In this document: piece after piece, positions 1 through 9,049 of the stretch | How the letters are laid out: each line of letters begins with the position of its first letter | Position numbering within the stretch: the stretch's first letter is position 1 | Origin: an uncultured bacterium | GTDB taxonomy: Bacteria; Patescibacteriota; Minisyncoccia; UBA6257; GWB1-50-10 | Assembly (NCBI GenBank): GCA_903827975.1 | Contig: CAIKKG010000014.1 | Coordinates: forward strand, 1 to 50,832 | Reading direction: 5' to 3' | DNA: 50,832 nt | Program-made: the position numbers and the translations under genes | The notes under the pieces: generated by a model | What the model saw: the letters and a program-made list of their open reading frames with translations, nothing else | The model's database searches: none | What the model was told of the DNA's origin: nothing

Positions 1-14
1 AATACATAAACGGA

Positions 15-62
15 TAAGCGTAAAAATCACGTCGAAATTAGTAGGTTTCGACGCTGATAAAT
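15..62 (+). repeat. 44-bp dyad element, copy 1 (CGTCGAAA-TTAGTAGG-TTTCGACG core)
   Basis: 15..58 is the exact reverse complement of 32829..32872, and 19..62 of 32704..32747. Confidence 0.9.
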
Positions 63-132
63 ATATAGGAACATTTTCGTGAATGGTCCTTTTTGAAATA
101 ATAAAAATCAAAATGTATAATTATATTAATAG

Positions 133-645
133 ATGTTAAAGCTTATTAGTTCAAAAATTACAAAATTTGAAGCATCGGTTATAATTTCAGGCTTAGTATT
201 TTTTATAGCAGAATTTTTTGGTGATTCTTGGTTTAATCTCATGGCTAATTCTAATTGTTTTAAGTATCTAGGGTGCAATATCGGTTTTTTTGGATATGAT
301 GCAATAGTACATTTTTTCAGTGGAGTATTTGAGGTTCTACTAATTGTTTGGCTTTGCACAAGATTTGGGAGATTTAGTATTCTTCATGCTGGTAATGCAT
401 GGAAAAATGCATTTATTCTTATTTCTGCGGTTGCACTTCTATCGGTTGGGTGGGAGATTTTTGAGTTTTCCGCGGATCAATTTAGGATGAAAATACTAGG
501 ATACAATCTTACAAATCCTAATGTATTGGCACAACCAAGTAATAGTGACACAATGGGTGATTTTACATTCGCACTTTCAGGATTTTTGGCTGGTGCAATG
601 ATAACCAGATTTGTATATCCAAGGTCATTGGAGGAAAAAAGTTAA
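133..645 (+). CDS. integral membrane protein, DUF2238/YjdF-like
   Basis: Several TM segments; motifs YDAIVHFFSG, GWEIFEF, DTMGD; TATAAT just upstream of the ATG. Confidence 0.6.
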   Translation: MLKLISSKITKFEASVIISGLVFFIAEFFGDSWFNLMANSNCFKYLGCNIGFFGYDAIVHFFSGVFEVLLIVWLCTRFGRFSILHAGNAWKNAFILISAVALLSVGWEIFEFSADQFRMKILGYNLTNPNVLAQPSNSDTMGDFTFALSGFLAGAMITRFVYPRSLEEKS

Positions 646-652
646 TATACAT

Positions 653-751
653 ATGAAAAAGCACCCTCATTTTTTCTATCTAATTATCGGAATCATAATA
701 TTGATTGTAGGGTTTCTTGTGTACTTCGACCTGGCTGCAAAAACCATCTAA
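653..751 (+). CDS. 32-aa single-TM microprotein (MKKHPHFFYLIIGIIILIVGFLVYFDLAAKTI), not in ORF track
   Basis: ATG 7 nt after the upstream stop; basic N-terminus plus hydrophobic helix; stop directly before a terminator hairpin. Confidence 0.6.
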   Translation: MKKHPHFFYLIIGIIILIVGFLVYFDLAAKTI

Positions 752-752
752 T

Positions 753-779
753 AAAAAACCGCACGTGTCCGTGCGGTTT
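753..779. terminator. intrinsic terminator between convergent genes
   Basis: AAACCGCACG-TGTC-CGTGCGGTTT hairpin with A/T flanks. Confidence 0.7.
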
Positions 780-784
780 GAAAT

Positions 785-1072
785 TTATAAAACAAATCTT
801 ACTTTTAGCCATACAGTGAGTGTTTTTGATTGAGATAAAAATATAGGCGGTGGCCGTTCTTTTTTTGTTTCGCATGTGAATATAACATCACATGTCCTAA
901 GTTTAATGCGTATTCTTGAAAATTGTGGATTTGTTAAGCCATTGTTTGTTAGGGCATCACTATTTGCCACAACCTTTTCAATTTCTATGGCTTTTATGCA
1001 TTCAGCAAATGCAGGTGGGGAATATCCAAGTGACATTAGGGCGGTTAAAAACAATACATATGGCCGTTCCAT
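785..1072 (-). CDS. hypothetical secreted protein (95 aa)
   Basis: AAGGAGGT SD before the ATG at 1072; signal-peptide-like N-terminus (MERPYVLFLTALMSLGYSPPAFA). Confidence 0.6.
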   Translation of the reverse strand: MERPYVLFLTALMSLGYSPPAFAECIKAIEIEKVVANSDALTNNGLTNPQFSRIRIKLRTCDVIFTCETKKERPPPIFLSQSKTLTVWLKVRFVL

Positions 1073-1152
1073 CTCACACCTCCTTAAAGGTAAGTATTCA
1101 GGTTTAAAATGCTTTATACATTGTAGTTTGATATATAGAATTCGGCAATATA

Positions 1153-2013
1153 TCAAACATTTTGTGGTGTTTTTCCGGCAATTTGTATTTTTTTGAGAAT
1201 TAACTTGCCACCACGCAACTCCGATTCTAGTAATTTTGTGCGTTCTCCATTAAGGATTGTGTATACGCCAGGCTCAGGATTAAGCGCTCGTATTTTCCTA
1301 TCGATTATTATGGATAGCTCGGCGTTTTTGTCTGATACCGCATCGTTCAATGAATTTTCATCAACGAAGCCGTCCTCTGTTATAAATTTTTTGGTAAATG
1401 TAACTTGCGCATCATCTTGATGAGTAAGCTCTATTTTCTCTACGCCAATTCTTGGTATTAAATCCACGAGCATTTCCGCGCCAAGATTCGCAAGAGAGTC
1501 GTGTAAATTCGCATAGGTTATCGAATTCATATCACATTCAAGAGACTCATTTGAAATTATTGGGCCATTATCTACAAATGCATCAACCATAAATAATGAG
1601 ACTCCAGTTTCTTTTTCTCCAAAGAGAATTGAACTTTGGATTGGGGAGGATCCACGAAGTTTTGGTAGTAGAGATGGATGAACGCCCACAGTTCCAAACT
1701 TCGGGATCTCTAAAATAGCTTTAGAGATAATCTTGCCGTAAGCAGCAATTACAAATAAATCAAAATTTCCATCTCTTAATACGCTTTCAATCTCCTTAAC
1801 TTTTTCCGGCTGATAAATTGATATTTGTTCGCGTATGTTTTCGTCCTGGTCAAGTATGCTTTGTTTTGCAGGAGGGGGAGTGACTATTTTTTTTCTTCCA
1901 ACTGGCCTATCTGGATTACACACAACAGCCGCAGGTGGAAGGCCAGCGCTTATTAATTTTTCAAGCACAATAGATGCAAATTCGGGCGTTCCAAAAAATG
2001 CGTATTTTATCAT
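1153..2013 (-). CDS. fmt: methionyl-tRNA formyltransferase
   Basis: FFGTPEFA, PDRPVGR, HPSLLPKLRGSSPIQ motifs; follows def. Confidence 0.97.
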   Translation of the reverse strand: MIKYAFFGTPEFASIVLEKLISAGLPPAAVVCNPDRPVGRKKIVTPPPAKQSILDQDENIREQISIYQPEKVKEIESVLRDGNFDLFVIAAYGKIISKAILEIPKFGTVGVHPSLLPKLRGSSPIQSSILFGEKETGVSLFMVDAFVDNGPIISNESLECDMNSITYANLHDSLANLGAEMLVDLIPRIGVEKIELTHQDDAQVTFTKKFITEDGFVDENSLNDAVSDKNAELSIIIDRKIRALNPEPGVYTILNGERTKLLESELRGGKLILKKIQIAGKTPQNV

Positions 2014-2014
2014 T

Positions 2015-2521
2015 TTATTTTTTTGCTCTCGGAGCAACTTTTGTTATGGCTTTTGCTTTATCAATAAAAAGTTTCCCATCTAGATGGTCAACCTCATGCT
2101 GGAATACTCTAGCAAGAAGACCCCATGCTTTTATTTTTATTTTTTTTCCATTTGCGTCATATCCGTCCAATGTTACACGATATGAGCGTGGTGTCTGACC
2201 GTATGATCTAGGAACACTAAGACAGCCTTCTTCTATGTTGGATAATTCGGTGGACATCTTTGTAATTTGTGGATTAAATATCGCATAGAATTCAGGCTTA
2301 CCCTGGGTATTTGGAATTTGTGCGACAAAAAATCTTTCATTGCGCCCAATCTGATTTGCGCTTAATCCTACGCCATCAGCCTTTTTCATTGTTTCGCGCA
2401 TAACGCGTATCAGTTCACGCAACTCCTTTTTTGTGAATTTTGAAAAATCAAAAGGAACGGTTTTCGTTCTTAAAAATGCCTCACCCTCCTTTTTTTCAAT
2501 TGTTACTATTGGTTCTGTCAT
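2015..2521 (-). CDS. def: peptide deformylase
   Basis: GVGLSANQ, EGCLS, QHEVDHLDG motifs. Confidence 0.98.
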   Translation of the reverse strand: MTEPIVTIEKKEGEAFLRTKTVPFDFSKFTKKELRELIRVMRETMKKADGVGLSANQIGRNERFFVAQIPNTQGKPEFYAIFNPQITKMSTELSNIEEGCLSVPRSYGQTPRSYRVTLDGYDANGKKIKIKAWGLLARVFQHEVDHLDGKLFIDKAKAITKVAPRAKK

Positions 2522-2772
2522 TCCTTAGAGTGTAAAACCTTCATAAAGTATGCCCCTTTATTTTTTATATTTTTCATACCAGAAATTCTTTTTGCAAGGT
2601 TTAAAAGCTTATCCGAATCGTGTTGTTTTGCCAGTTTTATATATAAAGCCTTGTGTTTCTCATCACATAAAAGCTCCGTAAGTGTTAATCCGACATCCTG
2701 AAACTGGGCATAAACTCTGCTTTTTTTGCCGCGTTCCTTGAGTGTCGACATGTAGTTTTCGCTAAGCGGCAT
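2518..2772 (-). CDS. small basic hypothetical protein
   Basis: 84-aa ORF overlapping the def start by 4 nt; C-terminal KNKGAYF motif. Confidence 0.7.
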   Translation of the reverse strand: MPLSENYMSTLKERGKKSRVYAQFQDVGLTLTELLCDEKHKALYIKLAKQHDSDKLLNLAKRISGMKNIKNKGAYFMKVLHSKE

Positions 2773-2801
2773 TAGATTTATTGTATGATATTATAAATGT
2801 A

Positions 2802-3362
2802 ATGAAAAGACGCTTATTTTTAGGTATCTCACTATCCAAGGAGGTAGTCGAAAAGGTAGAAATACAGGCAGATTTGCTAAAGCAGAGATTTATTGAATCT
2901 GTTCGATTTGTGCCAAGTAAGAACTGGCACATGACTCTTATTTTCCTTGGCGATCAGGATGAGGAAAATATACAAAAAATTAGTGATTCTGTTGACTTGG
3001 TGATTTCAGGTTCATCTAATAATGCAATAGCTTTTGACGACATAACATATGGTCCACCAGAACATAAACCAAGGATGATATGGTTGAATGCAACCAAGAC
3101 AACATCAGAGTATCTAGACTCACTTAGGAAGCAGATTGCAAAAGAATTAAAAACAATAGGTATTTTTTGGGATGATGACGGTCGCGCATTTCACGGGCAC
3201 ATAACACTCGCAAGATTTAACGAAGAATCAGATGAAATTAATATGCCGCTGTTAGTGCGTGGTAGTACGGCGTGCAAAGATTATACGGTTGAATTATTTT
3301 CGGTCACTTTAACACCAGCCGGCTCGGAATATAAGTCATTGCACTCAGTTTCAGTAGAATAG
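2802..3362 (+). CDS. thpR: RNA 2',3'-cyclic phosphodiesterase (2H family)
   Basis: RLFLGI N-terminus; two HxT motifs (WHMTL, GHITL). Confidence 0.92.
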   Translation: MKRRLFLGISLSKEVVEKVEIQADLLKQRFIESVRFVPSKNWHMTLIFLGDQDEENIQKISDSVDLVISGSSNNAIAFDDITYGPPEHKPRMIWLNATKTTSEYLDSLRKQIAKELKTIGIFWDDDGRAFHGHITLARFNEESDEINMPLLVRGSTACKDYTVELFSVTLTPAGSEYKSLHSVSVE

Positions 3363-3406
3363 TTATTCATTGCGAATATGGTGGAATTTTGGTTAAATTG
3401 AGTTAC

Positions 3407-4624
3407 ATGAATACGAAATATAAAATTGGAATAGCCACAGCACTTCTTATCGTTGCTCTTGGTGGCTCTGCATATGGAGGATATTATTTTGGAAATAAAC
3501 GCTCTGTTGTTGTAACCGACAGCAAACAGCTTATTAATGGTGACTTTAATCTATTTTGGGAAGCGGTTGATATTGTTAAGGGGAAACATGTTGATGGCTC
3601 CGGTAGTGATGAAAATAAATTGGTGTATGGGGCAATCAAGGGAATGCTATCCGCTTATGACGACCCATATACAGCATTTTTCAATCCAGCAGATGCAAAA
3701 AAATTCAACGAAGACCTCAGTGGAAACTTTGGTGGAATTGGCGCCCAGATAGGAATGCGAAATGAACAGCTTTTGGTAATTGCACCACTTAAGGGGACTC
3801 CTGCGGAGAAGGCTGGATTAAGACCATTGGATAAGATTTGGAAGATTGATGATAAGGATACTTCAGGACTTTTAGTTGAAGAGGCAATAAAACTAATCAG
3901 AGGAAAAGAAGGAACCACCGTAAAGCTTTCTATTTATAGAGAGGGTTGGAAAAATTCAAAAGATTTTAGTATTACTCGAGGAATTATTCAGGTGCCGACA
4001 CTTGATTTAAGCATGAAGACACTTAAGTCTGGCAAGAAGGTTGCTGTAATAAGTTTGTATAATTTTAATTCAAATGTCCCAGGAATATTTAAGAATGCTG
4101 CTTTAGAGGCAATCTCTAGTGGTGCGGAAGGAATAGTATTTGATCTTCGTAATAACCCTGGTGGATTTTTGGATGTAGCTACTAATCTGAGTGGGTGGTT
4201 TATGAAAAAGGGAAGTGTTGTTGTAATTGAAAAAAATAGATCCGGAAATGACGAGAAATTATTTGCTGATGGTAATGCAGCGCTATCAAATCTTCCTGTT
4301 GTTGTTGTTGTAAATGGTGGGTCAGCCTCAGCATCAGAAATCGTTGCCGGTGCACTTCATGACAATGTTGGTGCAAAAATTATTGGAGAAAAAACTTTTG
4401 GAAAGGGAAGTGTGCAGGAGGTTGATACTATGTCAGACGGTTCAACACTTAAGGTTACAATAGCGCATTGGTTTACACCTAACGGTACAATAATAAATAA
4501 GGTTGGACTAAAACCAGACATAGAGGTTGCTCTTACTGATGCTGATGTGGAAAAAGGTATTGATACTCAGATGGATAAGGCACTCAAGGTAATTGATTCT
4601 GAGATTCTCGCTAAGAAACAATAA
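3407..4624 (+). CDS. ctpA: S41 carboxy-terminal processing protease (PDZ)
   Basis: DPYT, FGGIG, DLRNNPGG, SASASE, TFGKGSVQ motifs; N-terminal TM. Confidence 0.95.
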   Translation: MNTKYKIGIATALLIVALGGSAYGGYYFGNKRSVVVTDSKQLINGDFNLFWEAVDIVKGKHVDGSGSDENKLVYGAIKGMLSAYDDPYTAFFNPADAKKFNEDLSGNFGGIGAQIGMRNEQLLVIAPLKGTPAEKAGLRPLDKIWKIDDKDTSGLLVEEAIKLIRGKEGTTVKLSIYREGWKNSKDFSITRGIIQVPTLDLSMKTLKSGKKVAVISLYNFNSNVPGIFKNAALEAISSGAEGIVFDLRNNPGGFLDVATNLSGWFMKKGSVVVIEKNRSGNDEKLFADGNAALSNLPVVVVVNGGSASASEIVAGALHDNVGAKIIGEKTFGKGSVQEVDTMSDGSTLKVTIAHWFTPNGTIINKVGLKPDIEVALTDADVEKGIDTQMDKALKVIDSEILAKKQ

Positions 4625-4630
4625 AGAATT

Positions 4631-5074
4631 ATGAAGATTATTTTATTAAAAGATATTAAAGGCTTTGGCAAGAAGGGTGATGTGATGGAGGTGAACGATG
4701 GATACGCACGTAACTCTCTAATTCCCAAGAAGCTTGCAGAGATCGCCACTTCCTCAATTATTGGGGTTGTTAGGAACACAATCGCACTTAAGAAGGGTTC
4801 TCATGATGCGAAGATTGCGCGTTCAAAAGAAATAGCAAAATCAATTGAAAATACCAAGATATCTTTTTTCTTAAAAACCGGAAACAAGGGTGAGCTTTTC
4901 GGTTCAGTCTCTATTAAAGACATTCAGAATGAACTTAAGAAGTTTAACCTGAGTGATGCAGAGGTTGTCCTTGAACATCAGATTAAAACCGTCGGTACTC
5001 ATCCAGTAATTATAGATTTTGGAGACGGAATACATGCAACTATTCAGGTAGACGTTCTAGCAGAAAAAAAATAG
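4631..5074 (+). CDS. rplI: 50S ribosomal protein L9
   Basis: MKIILLKD...GKKGD...GYARN, LFGSV. Confidence 0.97.
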   Translation: MKIILLKDIKGFGKKGDVMEVNDGYARNSLIPKKLAEIATSSIIGVVRNTIALKKGSHDAKIARSKEIAKSIENTKISFFLKTGNKGELFGSVSIKDIQNELKKFNLSDAEVVLEHQIKTVGTHPVIIDFGDGIHATIQVDVLAEKK

Positions 5075-5081
5075 TGTAAAT

Positions 5082-5112
5082 AAAAACCCCCGCAAAGCGC
5101 GGGGATTTTTTT
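5082..5112. terminator. bidirectional terminator between rplI and rpmA
   Basis: AAAAACCCCCGC...GCGGGGATTTTT. Confidence 0.75.
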
Positions 5113-5386
5113 AGATTAATACGTTTACTATCTTGATTCTCTTAAATGAGCCATCAAAGTTTTCCTTTTTCTTTGATGCAAATTTGATTACTCCTGCTTT
5201 TTTTGCGTAGAGTGTATCATCTCCTCCTCTTAGAACGTTTGTTCCAGGGTAGAATTTTGTGCCACGCTGGCGAATAATAACACCACCAGCATTTACTTTC
5301 TGACCGTCAAAAAGTTTAACGCCAAGACGTTTTGATTCGGAATCGCGACCTAATTTAGTAGAGCCTTTAGCTTTTGTATGTGCCAT
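5111..5386 (-). CDS. rpmA: 50S ribosomal protein L27
   Basis: [30 protein letters not shown]. Confidence 0.98.
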   Translation of the reverse strand: MAHTKAKGSTKLGRDSESKRLGVKLFDGQKVNAGGVIIRQRGTKFYPGTNVLRGGDDTLYAKKAGVIKFASKKKENFDGSFKRIKIVNVLI

Positions 5387-5471
5387 ATCTTCTTATAAAC
5401 GCCGCCTCTTGGCGGTCTTTTCTTATGCAATGTATAATAATGCAAATAGGGCTTTTATGTCAACTCTATAT

Positions 5472-5633
5472 ATGAATAAGCTAAACTTACAAACTTACGG
5501 TGTCAGGGTGGCCATATTGGGAGGGGTATTACTGCTGATTTTCGTATTTGGCTTGGCCCTCGGGTATTTGTTGAGGGGTGATATTAGACAGGCTCAGATA
5601 GTTATAGAAAAGTGCTCTGAGGTGGGCAATTGA
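5472..5633 (+). CDS. small single-TM hypothetical protein
   Basis: Hydrophobic helix followed by AQIVIEKC; start uncertain (5409/5457/5472 region). Confidence 0.55.
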   Translation: MNKLNLQTYGVRVAILGGVLLLIFVFGLALGYLLRGDIRQAQIVIEKCSEVGN

Positions 5634-5671
5634 ATTTTTATTAATTGTTTGTTATTATTTTGCGGTACATT

Positions 5672-5755
5672 GCGCGGGTGGCGAAACTGGCAGACGCACT
5701 ACCTTGAGGTGGTAGCGCCCGTAAGGGCTTGCAGGTTCAACTCCTGTCCCGCGCA
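5672..5755 (+). tRNA. tRNA-Leu(GAG)
   Basis: GCGCGGG/CCCGCGC acceptor stem; CTACC-TTGAGGT-GGTAG anticodon arm; long variable arm; GGTTCAACTCC T-arm; CCA not encoded. Confidence 0.97.
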
Positions 5756-5967
5756 CTAATTACAAAATACACTCCTTCTGAGTGTTTTTTGTTATTTACA
5801 TATAATATGGAGTTGAACCATTGGCGCCCAGAAAAAAGGAATCTGAATGACTATTTTTCTGGTGCGTTTCGAGTGAAACTAGAGGCAACTCCTGTCCCGC
5901 GCACTAATTACAAAATACACTCCTTCTGAGTGTTTTTTGTTATTTACATATAATATGGAGTTGAACC
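5738..5967 (+). repeat. 82-bp perfect direct repeat (5738..5819 and 5886..5967) including the last 18 nt of tRNA-Leu
   Basis: CAACTCCTGTCCCGCGCACTAATTAC...GGAGTTGAACC occurs twice, with a 66-bp spacer. Confidence 0.93.
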
Positions 5968-5985
5968 TAATAAAGAGATATATAT

Positions 5986-6008
5986 AAAACCCCGCGCTAT
6001 GCGCGGGG
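5986..6008 (-). terminator. intrinsic terminator of 6022..6528
   Basis: CCCCGCGC-TAT-GCGCGGGG with A-tract on the + strand. Confidence 0.7.
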
Positions 6009-6021
6009 AGATAAATTAAAT

Positions 6022-6528
6022 TCAGCTTTTTGGAACAACGACTATATGATGGAATTCAGAAAGCCACTCACTTGGATAATCAAGTATAAACATACCAATG
6101 AGTAGATCCCCATCAGCTTTTGCGGAGATTTCAGCAACCCAGAACTGCCCCTTAGATTTGAAAAGAATGAATGTGCCAGCGCCAGACTTACCAAGCCAGG
6201 TTGGATAGAGTTTAGCAACCTCTTTGATCTGATGTTGTGTTAAGCAAAGATCATCAAGTCCTTTTTCAAATTTTTTTGCAATCCATTCGAACATTTCTCT
6301 AAATGTTGCATCTTTTTGAAGCTCAAATGGCACCAAAGAAATCCTTGGTGTTGCCTTTGAGGGCTCATAGAACCTTCTAAATGAAGGGTCTATTTTATCG
6401 AAAATGTATCTTGCAGAAAAAATAGTCTCGGTTCCGGAAGTTGCTTCAATCATTACAGCACTGTAATTAAGTTTAAACATGTCTTTTTTGCGAGAAAACA
6501 CGTTACGAAGAAAATTAATCAGGCCCAT
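6022..6528 (-). CDS. hypothetical protein, resembling a CPR family with LCLTQHQI / TFxLFKS / W..VVVP motifs
   Basis: 168-aa ORF with AAGGAGGG SD and its own terminator. Confidence 0.8.
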   Translation of the reverse strand: MGLINFLRNVFSRKKDMFKLNYSAVMIEATSGTETIFSARYIFDKIDPSFRRFYEPSKATPRISLVPFELQKDATFREMFEWIAKKFEKGLDDLCLTQHQIKEVAKLYPTWLGKSGAGTFILFKSKGQFWVAEISAKADGDLLIGMFILDYPSEWLSEFHHIVVVPKS

Positions 6529-6660
6529 GGCACCCTCCTTTTGGTTTGACTATAGGCAGGAATTTTTAAAGAACTTACTAGTATTTTTACATAAACTAGG
6601 CATATTCGCCAATCTACCCAATATTTAATATTTCCGTGTTTAGATATATAATGGGTACTG

Positions 6661-7005
6661 ATGATTCCTTATTTATTCAAAAAACACAGGGTATTTTCAG
6701 CGCTAGTTTTAATAACACTTTTGCTTACATTAGTTTCTCTTTTAATTTTAGCCCTCAATTATGGAAGATTAGGTCAATCAATAGTTTTGCACTTTGATCA
6801 GTTCCACGGAGTAGATGTTTTTGGTTCGCGTTCAAGTATTTTGTGGATCTGGTTATTAGGCATTGCAGTTTTGAGTGTTAATTCCGGTTTGATTTATGAG
6901 TTTTATAATCGCGAAAGATTTCTCTCTTACATTTTTCTTGGCGCAAGCGTTCTTTCATCCCTTTTCGTTCTTATTGTGATAAGTGTTATTGTTTCTATAA
7001 ATTAA
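6661..7005 (+). CDS. 3-TM membrane protein, DUF1648-like
   Basis: IVLHFDQFHGVD..G motif between TM helices. Confidence 0.65.
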   Translation: MIPYLFKKHRVFSALVLITLLLTLVSLLILALNYGRLGQSIVLHFDQFHGVDVFGSRSSILWIWLLGIAVLSVNSGLIYEFYNRERFLSYIFLGASVLSSLFVLIVISVIVSIN

Positions 7006-7008
7006 AAC

Positions 7009-8076
7009 ATGAATGAATCACTTTTCTTTTTCATTATAGTTATCGCGGTAATCATTACTGGGTTTTTTATTATTTTCCGCGTTATTAAAAAAAAGATTGA
7101 ACCAAAGGATGCTCAATCGTTCGTGCTTTTACAAAATCAGATTCAGGAATTGAATAGGACGCTCGATTCGAAGATGGGTGAGTCTTCTCGCTTTATGCAA
7201 TTCCAGCATGGAGAGTCGGCGAAGCTTATTAGAGACGTAACTGAGCGCCTTACAAAGTTAGATGAGACAAATCGCCAGGTTGTGAATTTTGCAGACCAAC
7301 TACAGTCGCTTCAGGATATTTTAAAAAATCCAAAACAGCGCGGAGTGCTAGGCGAATATTATTTGGAAACCCTTTTGAAAAATGTACTTCCAACAGGAAG
7401 TTATGAGGTTCAGTATCACATGGGAATGGACGAAAAGACGGGTAAGGAGCTTATTGTTGATGCTGTAGTTTTTGTTAAAGATAAAATTATTCCAATAGAC
7501 TCTAAATTTTCTTTGGAAAATTATAATCGTCTAGCTGAGGAGAGAGATCCAGCTGAGCGCGAACGCCTAGAGAAATTATTTAGAAATGATTTAAAAAACA
7601 GGATAGATGAGACGGCAAAATATGTACGCCCTACAAAAGGGACAATGGATTTTGCTTTTATGTTTATTCCACATGAGGCCATTTATTATGACCTACTTGT
7701 TGCGCAGGTTGGCGCTGTTAAGGTAAATACAAGAGATTTAATAGAATACGCATTTAAAGAAAAACATGTAATCATTGTTTCTCCAACATCATTTTTGGCT
7801 TATCTACAGACTGTTTTGCAGGGCTTAAAAGCATTACAGATAGAGGAGTCTGCCAAGGATATTATTAAGCGCGTAGAGGAATTGGGGCGTCATGTGGCGA
7901 GCTATGAGTCCTACCTGCAGAAATTAGGAAATCATCTTGGTACTTCAGTTAGTACATATAATTTGGCGTATAAAGAATTCGCTAAGATAGACAAGGATGT
8001 TACGAGAGTTACTGGAATTGTTTCGAAAGTCGAACCAATCACATTAGAGAGTCCTACGCACCGTGAGGAGGAGTAG
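7009..8076 (+). CDS. rmuC: DNA recombination protein RmuC
   Basis: N-terminal TM, coiled coil, KQRGVLGE, IDSKF, DFAFMFIP, SPTS. Confidence 0.95.
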   Translation: MNESLFFFIIVIAVIITGFFIIFRVIKKKIEPKDAQSFVLLQNQIQELNRTLDSKMGESSRFMQFQHGESAKLIRDVTERLTKLDETNRQVVNFADQLQSLQDILKNPKQRGVLGEYYLETLLKNVLPTGSYEVQYHMGMDEKTGKELIVDAVVFVKDKIIPIDSKFSLENYNRLAEERDPAERERLEKLFRNDLKNRIDETAKYVRPTKGTMDFAFMFIPHEAIYYDLLVAQVGAVKVNTRDLIEYAFKEKHVIIVSPTSFLAYLQTVLQGLKALQIEESAKDIIKRVEELGRHVASYESYLQKLGNHLGTSVSTYNLAYKEFAKIDKDVTRVTGIVSKVEPITLESPTHREEE

Positions 8077-8977
8077 CGAGAAAGTTATTAAGGATTTATT
8101 TGAATTTTATGGCACTCTCGGGCGCCCGTTAACTTTTATTGAGCTTAGTATTAGAACGGTGTCGGATGAAGTTACTTATGACGAGCTCGTTCAGTTTTTA
8201 GAAGTTGGTGTTAGTTCTGGTAAAATCATAACGGAAGATGGTTTTTATTGGAGTAGAGAATTTAAACTTTCTAGTATTGGAAGGCGAGAGCAGGACCTTT
8301 TCCTTGATGAGAAATGGAAAAAACTAGAATCTCTTTCACATTGGTTTAGGCATGTCCCATTTTTTGATTTCGTAATGGCTAATGGCTCTATGGCGTTCGG
8401 AAATGTGAATGCAAATTCTGATTTTGATGTTCTAACTGGCGTACGAAAAGGAAGAATATTTACTGCCCGATATTTTTCAAGCGCTTTATTTTCGATTTTG
8501 CGTGCGAGAAGGTTCGATGATCTTCAGGAGAGTAGCCCTGATAAGTTGTGCTTCAATCACTTTATTACAAGAGATGCATATATGAAGCCGCCATTTAATT
8601 ATTATAGGCGTGAATCATATAGGAATATGGTTCCACTCTGGTGCAGTGATCTATCATGCAAAGAATTCATTGTTAAAAATGGCTGGTCAGGACTTACGGC
8701 GAGCGTTCTTTTGGATTTGCACAGAGTAACAAAGCAGAAAAGTTTATTCGCTATATTTTTCGAAAAAATTCTCGGAGGACGGCTAGGGGATTTTGTAGAG
8801 AAGCGAATCTCAAAGCCAATAGCAATGCGTCGTCTTAATGTATATCTTTCAAATAAAAGCACGGGAAATAGCGAAGAGGAGCGCATAACAATAGGGGATA
8901 ATGAATTAGAGTTTCACTTTTCTTTAAAATATGAAAAAAGTTTTGGGCATCTGGATGCTAATAAAGTACCACAATAA
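8063..8977 (+). CDS. Pol-beta-like nucleotidyltransferase domain protein
   Basis: GSMAFGN...SDFD motif; KLCFNHF; GTG start overlapping rmuC. Confidence 0.7.
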   Translation: MRRSSEKVIKDLFEFYGTLGRPLTFIELSIRTVSDEVTYDELVQFLEVGVSSGKIITEDGFYWSREFKLSSIGRREQDLFLDEKWKKLESLSHWFRHVPFFDFVMANGSMAFGNVNANSDFDVLTGVRKGRIFTARYFSSALFSILRARRFDDLQESSPDKLCFNHFITRDAYMKPPFNYYRRESYRNMVPLWCSDLSCKEFIVKNGWSGLTASVLLDLHRVTKQKSLFAIFFEKILGGRLGDFVEKRISKPIAMRRLNVYLSNKSTGNSEEERITIGDNELEFHFSLKYEKSFGHLDANKVPQ

Positions 8978-9017
8978 TTGCGACTTATTATGCGAATAAT
9001 CTCATCATTGTGACCTC

Positions 9018-9046
9018 TTGCATTTTTTAAAAAACTGTGTTATATT
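9018..9046 (+). promoter_or_regulatory. sigma70-type promoter
   Basis: TTGCAT-17 nt-TATATT, with TG just upstream of the -10. Confidence 0.55.
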
Positions 9047-9049
9047 TTT

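Noticed and set aside
5729..5929. 66-aa ORF from the track
   Set aside because: It starts inside tRNA-Leu and merely reads through the direct repeat.
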